A DNA stretch of 61,940 nucleotides, the filler included, from Sphacelaria rigidula (taxonomy: Eukaryota), in assembly GCA_964200075.2 (NCBI GenBank). It is 7 parts of 7 records of this genome, joined end to end, with 100 filler letters (N's around TTAATTAATTAA, not from the genome) between each part and the next. Parts side by side here need not be neighbours in the genome. Positions count along the whole stretch, not along the records: positions 44,319 to 53,079 come from CAXNAA020010166.1; positions 53,180 to 61,940 come from CAXNAA020010167.1; 5 more parts are not named here. One strand, given 5' to 3'. How positions within the stretch are numbered: position 1 is the first letter of the stretch; each line of letters begins with the position of its first letter. The position numbers and the translations under genes were made by a program. Positions 51,197 through 61,940 of this stretch are shown piece after piece. The notes beneath the pieces are model-generated. The model was not told where the DNA came from, searched no databases, and was given only the letters and a program-made list of their open reading frames with translations.

Positions 51197-53079
51197 TCTC
51201 TGTTCTTCACAAAGCGTGAAGCATGATGGTAAGAGTCAAGGACGGCATGCCCCGGAAGACTTTTGAACACGGACTCTACCGTAGTCTCAGACGGCGAATG
51301 GACGGTATAAAAGTGCGCATTTATCAGATATTGTATATCCTAAAGGAGGTTAACGTCTGTGCTTTCTTTTTTCGCTTTCCCAATTCAGCATAAGGCATGC
51401 CTCCCAGCAGTAGCATCTGTTTCCGAGTTTTATTGTCACAGCTCTCCAGAGAGCAGTCCTGCAAACACCACATTGATACACGCTTCTGTGGGGTGCATCA
51501 CTTGAAATTTACTGACTATTCCCGCACCACGGAGAGGGAGCCCTCAGCCGAGAATTATCGTGTAACAAAATGAGGATCGTTAGAGGGATACATTATATTG
51601 TTGTCAGAGGACAGCACGAAATTCTCTCGGCGGCTGACAGGATTTCGGATAAAATTTCGTTGGAGCACAGCACAAAATTCTCTTCGTGGCTGACCGGGCA
51701 ACATTCCACCTGACAGCTCGGCACATCGTCCACTTGAATTTAGGGTACCGGGCGGCCCACTTGAACGCACTGCCACTCACCCTAACCCCGACGAAGGCAA
51801 ACCAAAGCCTCGGGCAGCGACCGTGCTCTATGCGGTGGAAAGGTGCGTTGTCCTAAGGGCGCCGACTTGACTACAAACGCGTTACGGTGCTGCGTGCCGC
51901 GCGCACAAAATCATCCCTGCATCCCAAGGGAACCAAGTATTTGAAAACCGAGTAAAGGCCGGTATAACGGTCCGGGTTTGGGCTTCTGCCGGCAATATCT
52001 CACGTAACGCTCTTTTTCTGTGCTGGGCTTTTGAGGCCAGGGTGGGTATTCTGTGTTGTCAGTCGCCCATCTTTGACTTCCGATAACCTGTGCCACATTT
52101 TGTGTTCAGAACAGCCTAGGAGCAGCTGCTTTTTTTTCATACGACAAAACACATCTTTAAGTGGGCATGTTACGGATGATGGGCATATTCCTGTGTATAG
52201 GAAGTAATCCTGGATAACCCCTAATCGGTCTCGAGGCACAGGTCAAGTGCATGCAGAGTCATCACATCTCTTCGCTGCGAGGTTTTTAGTTTATTTGTGG
52301 GGTACGTGCTTTTTAATTTTGTGGTTTGCATGATTTTTGTCCTTAGTCGGTGGTTCTGCGGTGTCCCCTGGTGTGTGTCTGTACCTGCTCTGCTGTTCTG
52401 TGTGGTTTCGGGTTTCACCAATTGTGTAGTCTCCTTCTCTGTTCTCTTTATCTCCCCATATTTATCTTTCTATGTGTGTGCTCTTTCCTGCTGGCGGTGT
52501 ATGCTAGAGCAGTTTGGCGCCTGGCTTCCGTAGGGCTCATGGATGAGAGGTTCATACCCAAAATAGTGAAGTCGTAGTAGATGAGCCGCAATCTGTTCCC
52601 AAAGCTTTTTGTATTCTACGATTGTTGGGTATGAGTGTGGTTTCTGCGTGAGACCTTATCCACCGAAACCAAATGGCAAAGGCCAGCCACTTCTAGCTGT
52701 TTTTTGTTTTTATTCGTCTTTGTTTGATTTATTTTATTTTATTTTATTTTCTTCACCTAGTCTACTAGGGACCCCTACATATTCTGGAACGGCCCGTTCA
52801 GGCTAAATTTTCCTATCGCGATAGAAAAAACTCCATTTTCTTTATCGCGATGGGCTCCAAAGAAGGACAGCATAGTTTTCGGGACCGCATGTAACACCCA
52901 CGGGGGAGCACAGAGTGTCTCGTCTATGAAAATGCCCGTCTTCCTACCGGCAAACAGTTCGATGCCCGTTGGTTTCTAATAGAACGTTAAACTGTCGATT
53001 TGTGATGGTACTGTAAATAGTGTTTTCGTGAGATTGAGAGTAGATGATACGATTGAGAGTGGCTTTGATCATTCGCTTT

Positions 53080-53179
53080 NNNNNNNNNNNNNNNNNNNNN
53101 NNNNNNNNNNNNNNNNNNNNNNNTTAATTAATTAANNNNNNNNNNNNNNNNNNNNNNNNNNNNNNNNNNNNNNNNNNNN
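53080..53179. other. Artificial contig linker
   Basis: N44-TTAATTAATTAA-N44. Confidence 0.97.
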
Positions 53180-53294
53180 CTCTTCTCCCTCTCCTTTTTT
53201 TTTTTCTCCCCCGCTGCTCGCCCCCCCCCTTGGGGGGCTGGTGGGGTGGGGGGGGGGGGGGGGGGGGGGGGGTAACGTGGCTGGGTGAGAGCAG

Positions 53295-53963
53295 ATGCCA
53301 AGCGTCAAGAAACGATTTAACATCCCCACGGTGCCGCAAGAGCCGCCGCCAGGCATTGACGGAGAGCCGATATCTTGGATAGACGTGCTCGGCTCCTCGA
53401 ACCCGCTCAAGATGCACGCGCTAATGCTTGACCAGCAGAACAAGCACTCCCACAGCGTTGTAGGAGGTGGTGACGCGGGCCCTGTCTCCGATAAAGCGCC
53501 CTTGCCGCCCCCGCCGCCTGTGATACGAGACGTCGGGTATGCGGCAGCGGTGAGATGCTTTGATTCCTGTGTAGCCGACGTGGTGCCATCAGGGCTCTCA
53601 CGTGGTTTGCAGCATGCCATCCATGCCTTAGTGCCTGCAGTTCAAAACCGCTGCAAAGTGGAACGCGGGGTAATCGTATGCGCGTTCGTTTCATCGAGTG
53701 ATGAGAGTATCGCGAGCTTGTAAAAGAGCCGGGTCGGGCAGTGCTGGTGGTATTGAGCGTCGTATCGTGAACCTTGCCTCGCCGTTTCTTTCTTGCAGGT
53801 GGGGAAGGCTGGCGCGGGTGGAGCGGTGAGCGACGGGCAGGTTGTGCTCCACACTGCACCCCCGCCGAAGAATAAAGTTGGTGGTGGACAAGTTGGCGCA
53901 GGCGGCAACGTGAAGAGGAAAGGAGACTCGTTCAAAAAGAAAAAGAGGAAACAACGCGGCTAG
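53295..53963 (+). CDS. Last two exons (53295-53549, 53799-53963) of a gene, probably the mitochondrial insertase OXA1 C-terminal tail
   Basis: CAG|ATG acceptor, GTGAG donor, TTGCAG acceptor, phase 0. MPSVKKRFNIP matches the PxV++xxxIP motif after Oxa1 TM5, and the protein ends in a basic tail KRKGDSFKKKKRKQRG*. Confidence 0.55.
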
Positions 53964-55382
53964 TCGCTTCATATTTGTTTATTTTGTTGTGATTGTGCAG
54001 CAGGGTGTGTATGGTGTGTGCGTTTTACTGGATATCTGTTATGTTCTCGTTGACTAGGGGTGCCGTGCGGTCCGTCGCTAGGGTAGCTGTGATCTCTGTG
54101 CGTGAAGCGCCGTAGTGGCTGTGTAGAACAATGGTTGCTGTTGGTGGCGCGGGACCAGTCGGGTAGTTGGTGGCGCGTGACATGTTGCACTAGTGCTGTG
54201 ATACTCATAATATTAGCGTGGTATGTGCTTATTTGCAACTGGACGAAAGTTTCCGCACATGATAACAACGACAAAGAGCGAACCGCTGTTGTGACCTTTT
54301 TGCGGTTATCACTCGGCATCCCTTCGTTTCATATGCCTGTTCGTGATTTACACCCAACCATTTTTATCATTACCGATGACAAGCAAAAGAAAAACTTCGA
54401 GTTCTACGTTATTTTCCTTGCATGTTTGTTCCTCGGTTCACCCCGTTCGTTTGTTCCATCTTCATGTTTTATTTTCATATTTATTTAAAGCAAGTGTTAC
54501 CGTTTTGTTCACCTTGGGAAAGGCTGCTTTGTAGATGACGACCACGGCTTGGTCCCTAGGGTACCAGTTCATATCACGACAATCAATAAAAAAATCATGA
54601 CAGGACTCGTTTTGGAGCTGGTGCGTGTGTCGAGGTTTGCGTGCATGTGGCCAGGCATTCGCGAAGATGCCCCGGAGTAGCGGCACGCTCACGCCTTGTG
54701 TGCTGTACGCATGCAACCCGATTTGCATTTCCACCTCTAATCCGGTGGTCGTATACCCGTCCACACGCCGAAACCATCAAAAGTGTGCCGTGTTTCGAGT
54801 ATTGCACGGATCTGTTACGCCGAGAAATGACCTGGAAACCAAGACGAGACCAAACGGGTCAATCATCACAACATCTGTCGTATTCAGGCAGCGAGGCTGT
54901 TTCGTTTGGAACAGAAATGCAACGTGAACATGGAGGCCACAAACGTCCGACCGTGACGTATCACAGTTGCGCGATCCTAACTGCATGTGCGCTTTGTTTG
55001 TCTTCAGCCTCATGTGAGTTATATCACGCTGTGGTCATCGTCGACAAAATGGAACAGCCAAACGTGCTGTCATGACACAGCCACGCCTGGCGAAATCTGC
55101 CGTTGTTGGTTTCACCCCGAGAGCATCACACCGTTTCTGATTTCTCGACAGACGTTTCATCTGCTCTCACAACAAGTCACATGGTGGGAAAACACTCAAA
55201 GATAGCTTCGTTCGCTTGTATGTGGGACAACGCTGAAGAAACAGAGAGTTAAATCGACAGGGAGGGAAGTCCCGAAGATAGCTCTCTCCATGACTGCTGG
55301 ATGCAGGGTGAACGTCCAAAATGTATTTTCCCCACCAGATGCAACGCAAAACCGAACCCACAGAAATAAAGTTTTCTAAATA

Positions 55383-55540
55383 AACAATATTTTCGTGATA
55401 TTGAGAGTAGAAGATACGCGCCAGTGACAGAGGCAATGAAAAGCACACACGGGATGAAAAATTGACCAAGTTAGAGCCAGTGATCAAAACCACTCTTCAT
55501 CAGCTCTCTACTGTCAATCTCACGAGAACGTAGTTTATAG
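55383..55540. repeat. MITE-like family TTTCGTGAGATTGAGAGT
   Basis: Imperfect inverted pair here; related ends at ~34054-34090, ~35481-35520 and ~53023-53060. Confidence 0.55.
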
Positions 55541-56379
55541 TGACCCCGACAAGAAAGCGAACAGGGTGACAAAGCCAGGCTTTTGCTCGCGTTCTTTGCG
55601 GTGACCCCAATAGTGAAATGTTTCTCGGTCAATCAGGGGCTTTCCGAATTGCTCGAAAATTTAAACTGCGAATTTCCGACACAAATTTCCCCCAGTCTCT
55701 CATCATGAATCAAACCGTAGTAACCTTAATCGGCTGGGGAATCTAATGCAATACACAGGTTTGAAAGCGGTTTGTATGGAATCGAATTAGACCCCAAGCC
55801 GTGGTATTTCAGTGATCTGGGATTTTGTCGTCGTGAGATTTCACTGGTGGTCTATGAATCGAAGATCCAGATAGCCTCGTTGCTGCGTACATGTGAAAAA
55901 ATTACAGTCTTCCTCAAATAAACGTGGCCATTTGGTGTATATGGGTGTTCCAAATAGAAAAATAATCATATGATATATTAAATTTTATCCGCTTTTTACC
56001 AGCTTCCGGGGTTCCCGGCTTGAAGACTCCCAAAAGCCAGTATATAGAGTGCCTCAAAATGGGAAATAAATAAAATTTTCGCCCGTCCCGAGGTGGTGAA
56101 GAAACGTCTGTAGACTTGACCGTACGCGCACCCCACTCCTCATGTGAGCTTTTCAAGTGACGACCCTGAATTTTCATCACCTGGGCAACAGATTGCCCCG
56201 TCAAACGAAGTACTGCGCACAACATAGATTCTACCGTCAGAATAGACGGAGCAGGCAATACTGTACGCATTTGATTTTCCGACAAAGCAATTGGTTGTCC
56301 AGGGTGAGGAACAACTCCACAGTTGTGTGTGTGTGTGTGTGTGTGTGTTGTCGTGCAAGTTACTCTAGGCGCCAGGCTA

Positions 56380-56691
56380 CCCCTTCCGGCATATGTGGGC
56401 ACATCAGCCGGGGTCACAGGAGGAAGGATAACACCGAAGCTTTTCCCTTTTCATTTGTTTTTAGTATACCTCCTTCTTTTTGCGGTGCTCTCCTTTCGAT
56501 TTTATCGCGAGAGGGGTTAAGCCGTCCCTTCCCTCGTCGACCGCCAAGTCGAAGTTTGTGTACCCACGACACAGTCGCTCTCCACTGTTCGGCATACATG
56601 GTGGGAGAAAAAATCCCAGATCGCTCCGGGCATCGGACCTCACAACTCAACCATCAAAAGGTTACGAGGTTACCAACTGAGCCACCGGGGC
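56380..56691 (-). mobile_element. tRNA-derived SINE
   Basis: Head GCCCCGGTGGCTCAGTTGGTAA (A box 56684-56673) and degenerate B box GGTCCGATGCC (56639-56629); part of the body recurs at ~35652-35690. Confidence 0.7.
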
Positions 56692-58214
56692 GATCGAATG
56701 AGTTGTGCCGTGAGGTATTGCGGAACTTTCTTAGTTTTTTTTTCATTTTCGACTTTTTTCGCCACAAGTCCGGGGTCCTGGGCGGCACCGGCCACGGGAC
56801 CATCGGGACTACGGCCAGCAAAAACTAGAAATAATTGGAACCTCTCTTCACGGAAAATTCCAGAATATATCCCGAGAACATGTCTGCAAAGGTCCAACTC
56901 AAAAATCCGCGTGAGAAATCGCTGCAGAGTGAAGATTAGGCGTTCAACTTGGGCCAGCCTGCATACGGGAGAAGCTTTGAACTCACGAACGTGAATTCGT
57001 GGGGAGGATCAGATCGTAACCTTGAATATTTTGGACTCGATATTCCTACTTTATTGGAGTTTTGACCTGGAAGCGACGCATGTCCGAATCGACGAACCCT
57101 TCGCAAAGGTTGAAGCACTCACTTCCAGGAAAAATACGTCGCTTCTTTTCAAGAACATCCAGACAAGTATTTGCATCTCGAACAAATATTCCATGGTGAG
57201 CGCGTGAAACAAACACGGATGCCGTCCAATAATTGATCAGTTTTGACGAGACTACTGTAACTTCGCCGATTCATAATATGAGAATATTAGGGGGAAATCC
57301 ACAGAAAAAGCATCTGAACTACAGTACAGCCGCCGAAATAACAGGTCAAATGATAAGCGCGGGGCTCATGATGACAAATGGCGTACACAGTAGTATATAT
57401 CGCCACCGAAGTAGCTCAAACAACCTCAGTATCAACTGCAGCGCTTTCAAGGGTAGGACTGTATGTGCCGGTTCCCATGTTTTGGAGTAGCTCAAGGCAC
57501 ACTGGAGACGTGCTGTTGCAAGTACGATTCAGCATTACACAGAATGATGCTTTGCGTAAGATTCAAGCTTGGGCGCGTGAAAGTGTTCGGCGGGCACGCT
57601 GGACTGAGGTTCTTGCCTACACGATGCTATTTTGGTTCATTCTCTAGGCACAATATTGAGCAAAGGCTACGACACGCCGGCCTTGGCTACACCTGTACCT
57701 GGACGACGGAGGAAGGTATGAAAACTCAAGCTACCCTTATCCGAGTGAGCAGCAGACGAAAACACCATCAAAGTGGTAGAAACGTAGCAGCATGCGCACT
57801 ACCATCACTCGTTTCATTCCATACTAACAAGCCTTTACCCCCATCTCCTCTCCAGCGGCAAAGAACCCAACAACAACAACCTCCTAGACGGCGAAGCCCA
57901 GCAAAGACACCTGCGCCAACACGGCAGGAACTCATCAATGCTACACATCTCCACGGAACGTTTCAAGCAAGAAGGCCGAGCGGAGCCTAGTCCGAGAACC
58001 GAAGCAGCGTTTTGTCACGATTTGCTCATCACACTCTATACTGTATGTTTTTTTCTTATATTTTTTTTCCAAAGTTTTTTCTCCAACGTGATTTCAGTTT
58101 TCCCCCCCCCCCCCCCCCCTCCTATACCATGGTGGCCGATAGCCCTATACAACCACCCAGAGTCTCCTGTGGTAAATCAATCAATCAATCAAACCGGTCT
58201 GTCTATATCGCTTT

Positions 58215-60493
58215 CTATTTGGTCTTTGTTTCTTCCTTGTTCGGGAAGTAGGTCTTGGCCAGAGAGTACATGAGGGTGCCCAAGATAGCGATAGTGGAGC
58301 CGAGAATGGCCAGGGGGCGCATCGGGGTACGGAAGTACGCCACGCTTGCCAGGATGATCACCACCCTCTTGATCGTGTTACCCACGGCATCTGCAGCAAC
58401 GCATGGGTGAATAAAGTACACGCAAGGACGCAAAGGCAAAGAGAGGGTGCGCAGGGTGGGTGTCGGTGACTAGGTTGAGAAAGGGCGGCGTTCGTTAGTT
58501 CAGATACTCGGTTCCTGAAAAAAATGAAGACAAGCGCACATTGCTCCGTTTGTTCTCCCCGATCTACTTTTCATCATATTTCAATTTTTTGCCCTCGAAA
58601 GAGTGTTACCGATGTGATCACGGCTAAATTCGTTGCGAGTCAGATCATGTGCGATAATCAACCAACGAATCGGATAATGACACTCAAGGCGTGGGGGCAG
58701 GCGGCCGGAGAAGAGGTGCAGACCACACCCAGGGCATGCCCCCTCAGATCACGGGCTTTGAACATATGACATGATTTTGGCAAGCTCCATAAGTGACGTG
58801 ACGTACAATCTGAAACACAGGAGAAACGACGAAAGTCAGACTTCGAGTCAATATAAGGTACGATAAGAATCGAACAGGGATGGACAATGACGATCGTTCA
58901 AGACGTCGACCTTGAGCTTGCACGTAGGCTTCTCACCAAACGTCAGAGGTTTTGACTCACACACGCTAGTTGTCAACACGGATATAGTAGCTGCCGTAAG
59001 GCATGAATGTATTTACATTTTCACGGAAATGACGCAGGAACACACACCACCAAACAGGTGAACGACAACAAGCATCCTACCCGTTACAAGTTACCCTATA
59101 TCTCAGAATCGATCAACAGTCATATTTGACTCCTCCCTCTGGGAGTACCACCGAAGAAAAATGACAACGGCTGATCCGACCAAGGTGCGGCTGCGGCCAC
59201 TCAGGTCATGTTCCAAGAAAAACAGCTGTACGACAGCAATTATTCCAGCATTTGAAATTCAGCGATTGGATTCGGGCGCTAGTCTCGTTCGGACATCCTT
59301 TTTCAATCATCGCACAAACGTTTATTTCAACACTAGCTATCTATTGTGGGGAGAGTCAATACATGCGTTCAGGACATATAAGCCTTTGATGCAGTATCCA
59401 TAGACCGAATTCTCACAATCTTCCACAGCGTTCCTTTCTTCTCCTATATCTTCGCGTTTCAAGAACTCTCCGATTAAAAGCTCACACGACGGTTCGAGTA
59501 ATGCCGACGTTACCTGACCCCTCCACGATTCCCCACCTTTTTGGAAAGCACGACAAACACACGTACACTCACCACCGCCAAGAACAAGAACAGCAACAGC
59601 GACAGCGACGATAACACCAACACAACCACCAACAACAACACCACACTACGGTCACAACCCTGCGCACGCAGAGACCGTGACTCGCTTCATGAACATTCTA
59701 TACATCTCAAGATGAGACCAGCGACTTACGCGTGATGGGGTGGACAGAGTTCAGGGCGAGGAAGGCCACTTCATTGTAGAGGTAGTACGACAGACCCGCC
59801 GCCATGAAGTTGGTCCAGAATTTCTGCAAAGAAAAACCGAAATAGAAGGTACAAAATCCGACAGAATCACAGGACGCGCACAGGGAGAAGTGAAGAGGGT
59901 ATAAGACATGGGTATGGTTGGGGACAAAGGGATCGAAAAGAACAACAAGGCATCACCACACACAACTCATGCGCATAGGAGGGTCGTCCGTCCGCACGCA
60001 AGCCTACAAAACCATGTGCAGATGAACGATGACCTCATACCCCTAGCACAGAGGAGAGATCCTAGACCATGTCCGCGGTGAAATAAATTCGCGAACTCAC
60101 CGTAGTAGGGCCATAATTGCCTGGTCTATATGCACACGCACGCCCACACACACACGACGAGTAGTTTGCCGCTGCGAAACAAGCACAGTCTTATTTAACC
60201 ACTTCACAGCACGAAATCGAAAGACCGCAATCGTTGTTGGTTCTGCACTCCCGTACACCCAAACAAACGGTTACTCGAAACGAGCCCGAGTAAATACACA
60301 GCTTCGCGGTTAAATATACGTGGTCGTTAAGGCCTCGGACCGTTCCCCACCTTCGGGCCGCCCATTTTCTCGATGCCTCCCTCGAACGCACCCAACACCT
60401 TCGAGCCCTCCACCAAGGCGGCCAGGGGCAGAGCTCCGAGGAAGGACATGATGGTGATCACCGAGTAAAGGTTCTGAGAGTCCATGTTCTCCC
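58215..60493 (-). CDS. Plastid phosphate translocator (TPT/pPT family), 5'-partial (exons 60493-60351, 59823-59730, 58390-58215)
   Basis: Spliced: GENMDSQNLYSVITIMSF...-KFWTNFMAAGLSYYLYNEVAFLALNSVHPITH-AVGNTIKRVVIILASVAYFRTPM...YSLAK...*. HAVGNTIKRVVII is the pPT signature. Confidence 0.93.
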
Positions 60494-61940
60494 CTGACAC
60501 CGGGAATAAACGATCGCAATAAAATGACAATATCTTGATTTCGCTGAAAATCATGTCAACATAAAGTTGGGGCCCATGAGAGCCCTTCTTAACGAAGAGG
60601 ATGATCCCCTTTTTCAAATTCTCCTTTTCGATAAACGACCCGTGATTGGTCGCTACGATACTACCCCCCAAAAAAATCCCCTCAACGTGCACAGAAATCC
60701 CATCTGGAGACAGGATTTCAGTAAGTGCAAAAACACTTCCTGAAATATCCTTTTCAAGAGGGGATTTCCGGACACCTTGAAGGGAACATACGGGCACATG
60801 CAAGGTCTCACCACACAGCCCAACACAATCAGAGCTGAGCCTGAGGAACTTGGTGGGCCCGCAAACCGATAACATACAGCTCGAGCCGTAGCTGCTCATC
60901 AGCTGCGCACGTTGTGCGTGACCTTGCTCAAATCTGTTCAGAATTCATTGAGAAATGATTATTTGTGTGAGACGCGTGTGCAGCACATGCTTACAAAACG
61001 GTCACCAACGACAGGTTTTCGGTTGTTTTTGACGCGCATGAGGCCGACATTCGTCCAATACAGAACGGATTTCCGTCGAACAAAGACTGCCGTGTGTATA
61101 TCAGCAAGGGCTAGCAGTGAAATTAATTTGCGTGGGTGGTGGGTGTCTGTGCGTGTTTTTTCGGGGCTGGGTATGTACGTGTTGTGTTGCCTTGTTGTGT
61201 CTTGTCTGCGGCATGACACAGACCTTGAGCCTGCTTGGACTAAGGGACACTTCCAGACCCGCCGCATTTCTCAATCTGCGTGCAGATCTGGGTTTCCATT
61301 TGTACAAAACTGCTTGTCGATAGGACTCGGGACTGGTCGTCATGGGGCAAATCCCCCGTCAAAAGGGGATTGTGAATAAGGGGATAATCCTTTTCGTCAA
61401 GAAAGGTCCTCAAGGAATGATAAAAAAAAATCATGAAAATATTTTCCCCCAACGTCGAACCCCGCCGGATTCTCAAAAGTCGGTGCGAGTAAACATGTGC
61501 TCCACTCGCCCTCTTGAGTAGATTGCAAGTATATGGTTATGCAGTGTATTTACAGGGATCGGAGGGGGGGTGTTATTTGCGGAATCAGCTTCAGAGAAAC
61601 CCAAAATATGTTGACCTTTACCCAGTGTCACGAGGAGTATTTCTGACACACTACTGCGGTTGTGAAAAAACAACCGTGACTAGGCATTTTCATACTCCGT
61701 AACTGTAAAAAGCGGATGGATGTCAGCGGGTTAAGACATCCTGTACTGTTTGTACTGCTTTATACACAACAAGTAGTTGATACGTCACATGATTAATGAT
61801 CCTCTCGCCTGCTGACCTCTTCACCCTCGGCAATTCACATTTCAATACAAGTTAAGGCGTTCCCGGTACGCGATACCAGAAAATAAAGCAACTCATTGTA
61901 GGCTGTCATCCAAATGCAAGATAATCAGTACGCTTCGGGC

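Noticed and set aside
51228..51275. ATGA...AA...GA SECIS-like pattern in the hydroxylase 3'UTR
   Set aside because: The lower helix pairs poorly and the GA quartet is not correctly positioned.
18745..60493. GST + 2OG hydroxylase + transporter as a metabolic gene cluster
   Set aside because: The genes are on different, artificially joined contigs.

Overview
Eukaryotic, intron-rich, repeat-rich genomic DNA, most consistent with a brown alga (Phaeophyceae): spliceosomal genes, an ASAFAP-type bipartite plastid presequence and a red-lineage plastid phosphate translocator. The window is not one locus. It is seven contigs (8765, 8765, 8763, 8763, 8762, 8761, 8761 bp, in descending size order) joined by artificial 100-nt N44-TTAATTAATTAA-N44 linkers, so no gene-neighbourhood inference across linkers is valid. 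Genes reconstructed exon by exon: a TMEM218-like ciliary transition-zone protein (-), a complete 7-exon plastid-targeted double-DUF760 protein (+, probable GC-AG intron), the 3' part of a glutathione S-transferase (+), an AspH/LpxO-family Fe(II)/2OG hydroxylase with a ~109-aa insertion (+), a probable OXA1 3' end (+) and the 3' part of a TPT-family plastid phosphate translocator (-). Much of the rest is transposon-derived: a hAT-type element with nested pogo/mariner-type insertions, MITEs of hAT, piggyBac, Harbinger and TG..CA types, Copia- and Gypsy-like remnants, and LINE/SINE pieces. All family assignments are from motif recognition, with no database search. I found no convincing new multi-gene system. 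The best leads are a PAM2-like motif at a Copia Gag N-terminus, a 92-bp palindrome built from a tRNA-like element, a Gag-protease-only Copia derivative and the inserted AspH-family enzyme.
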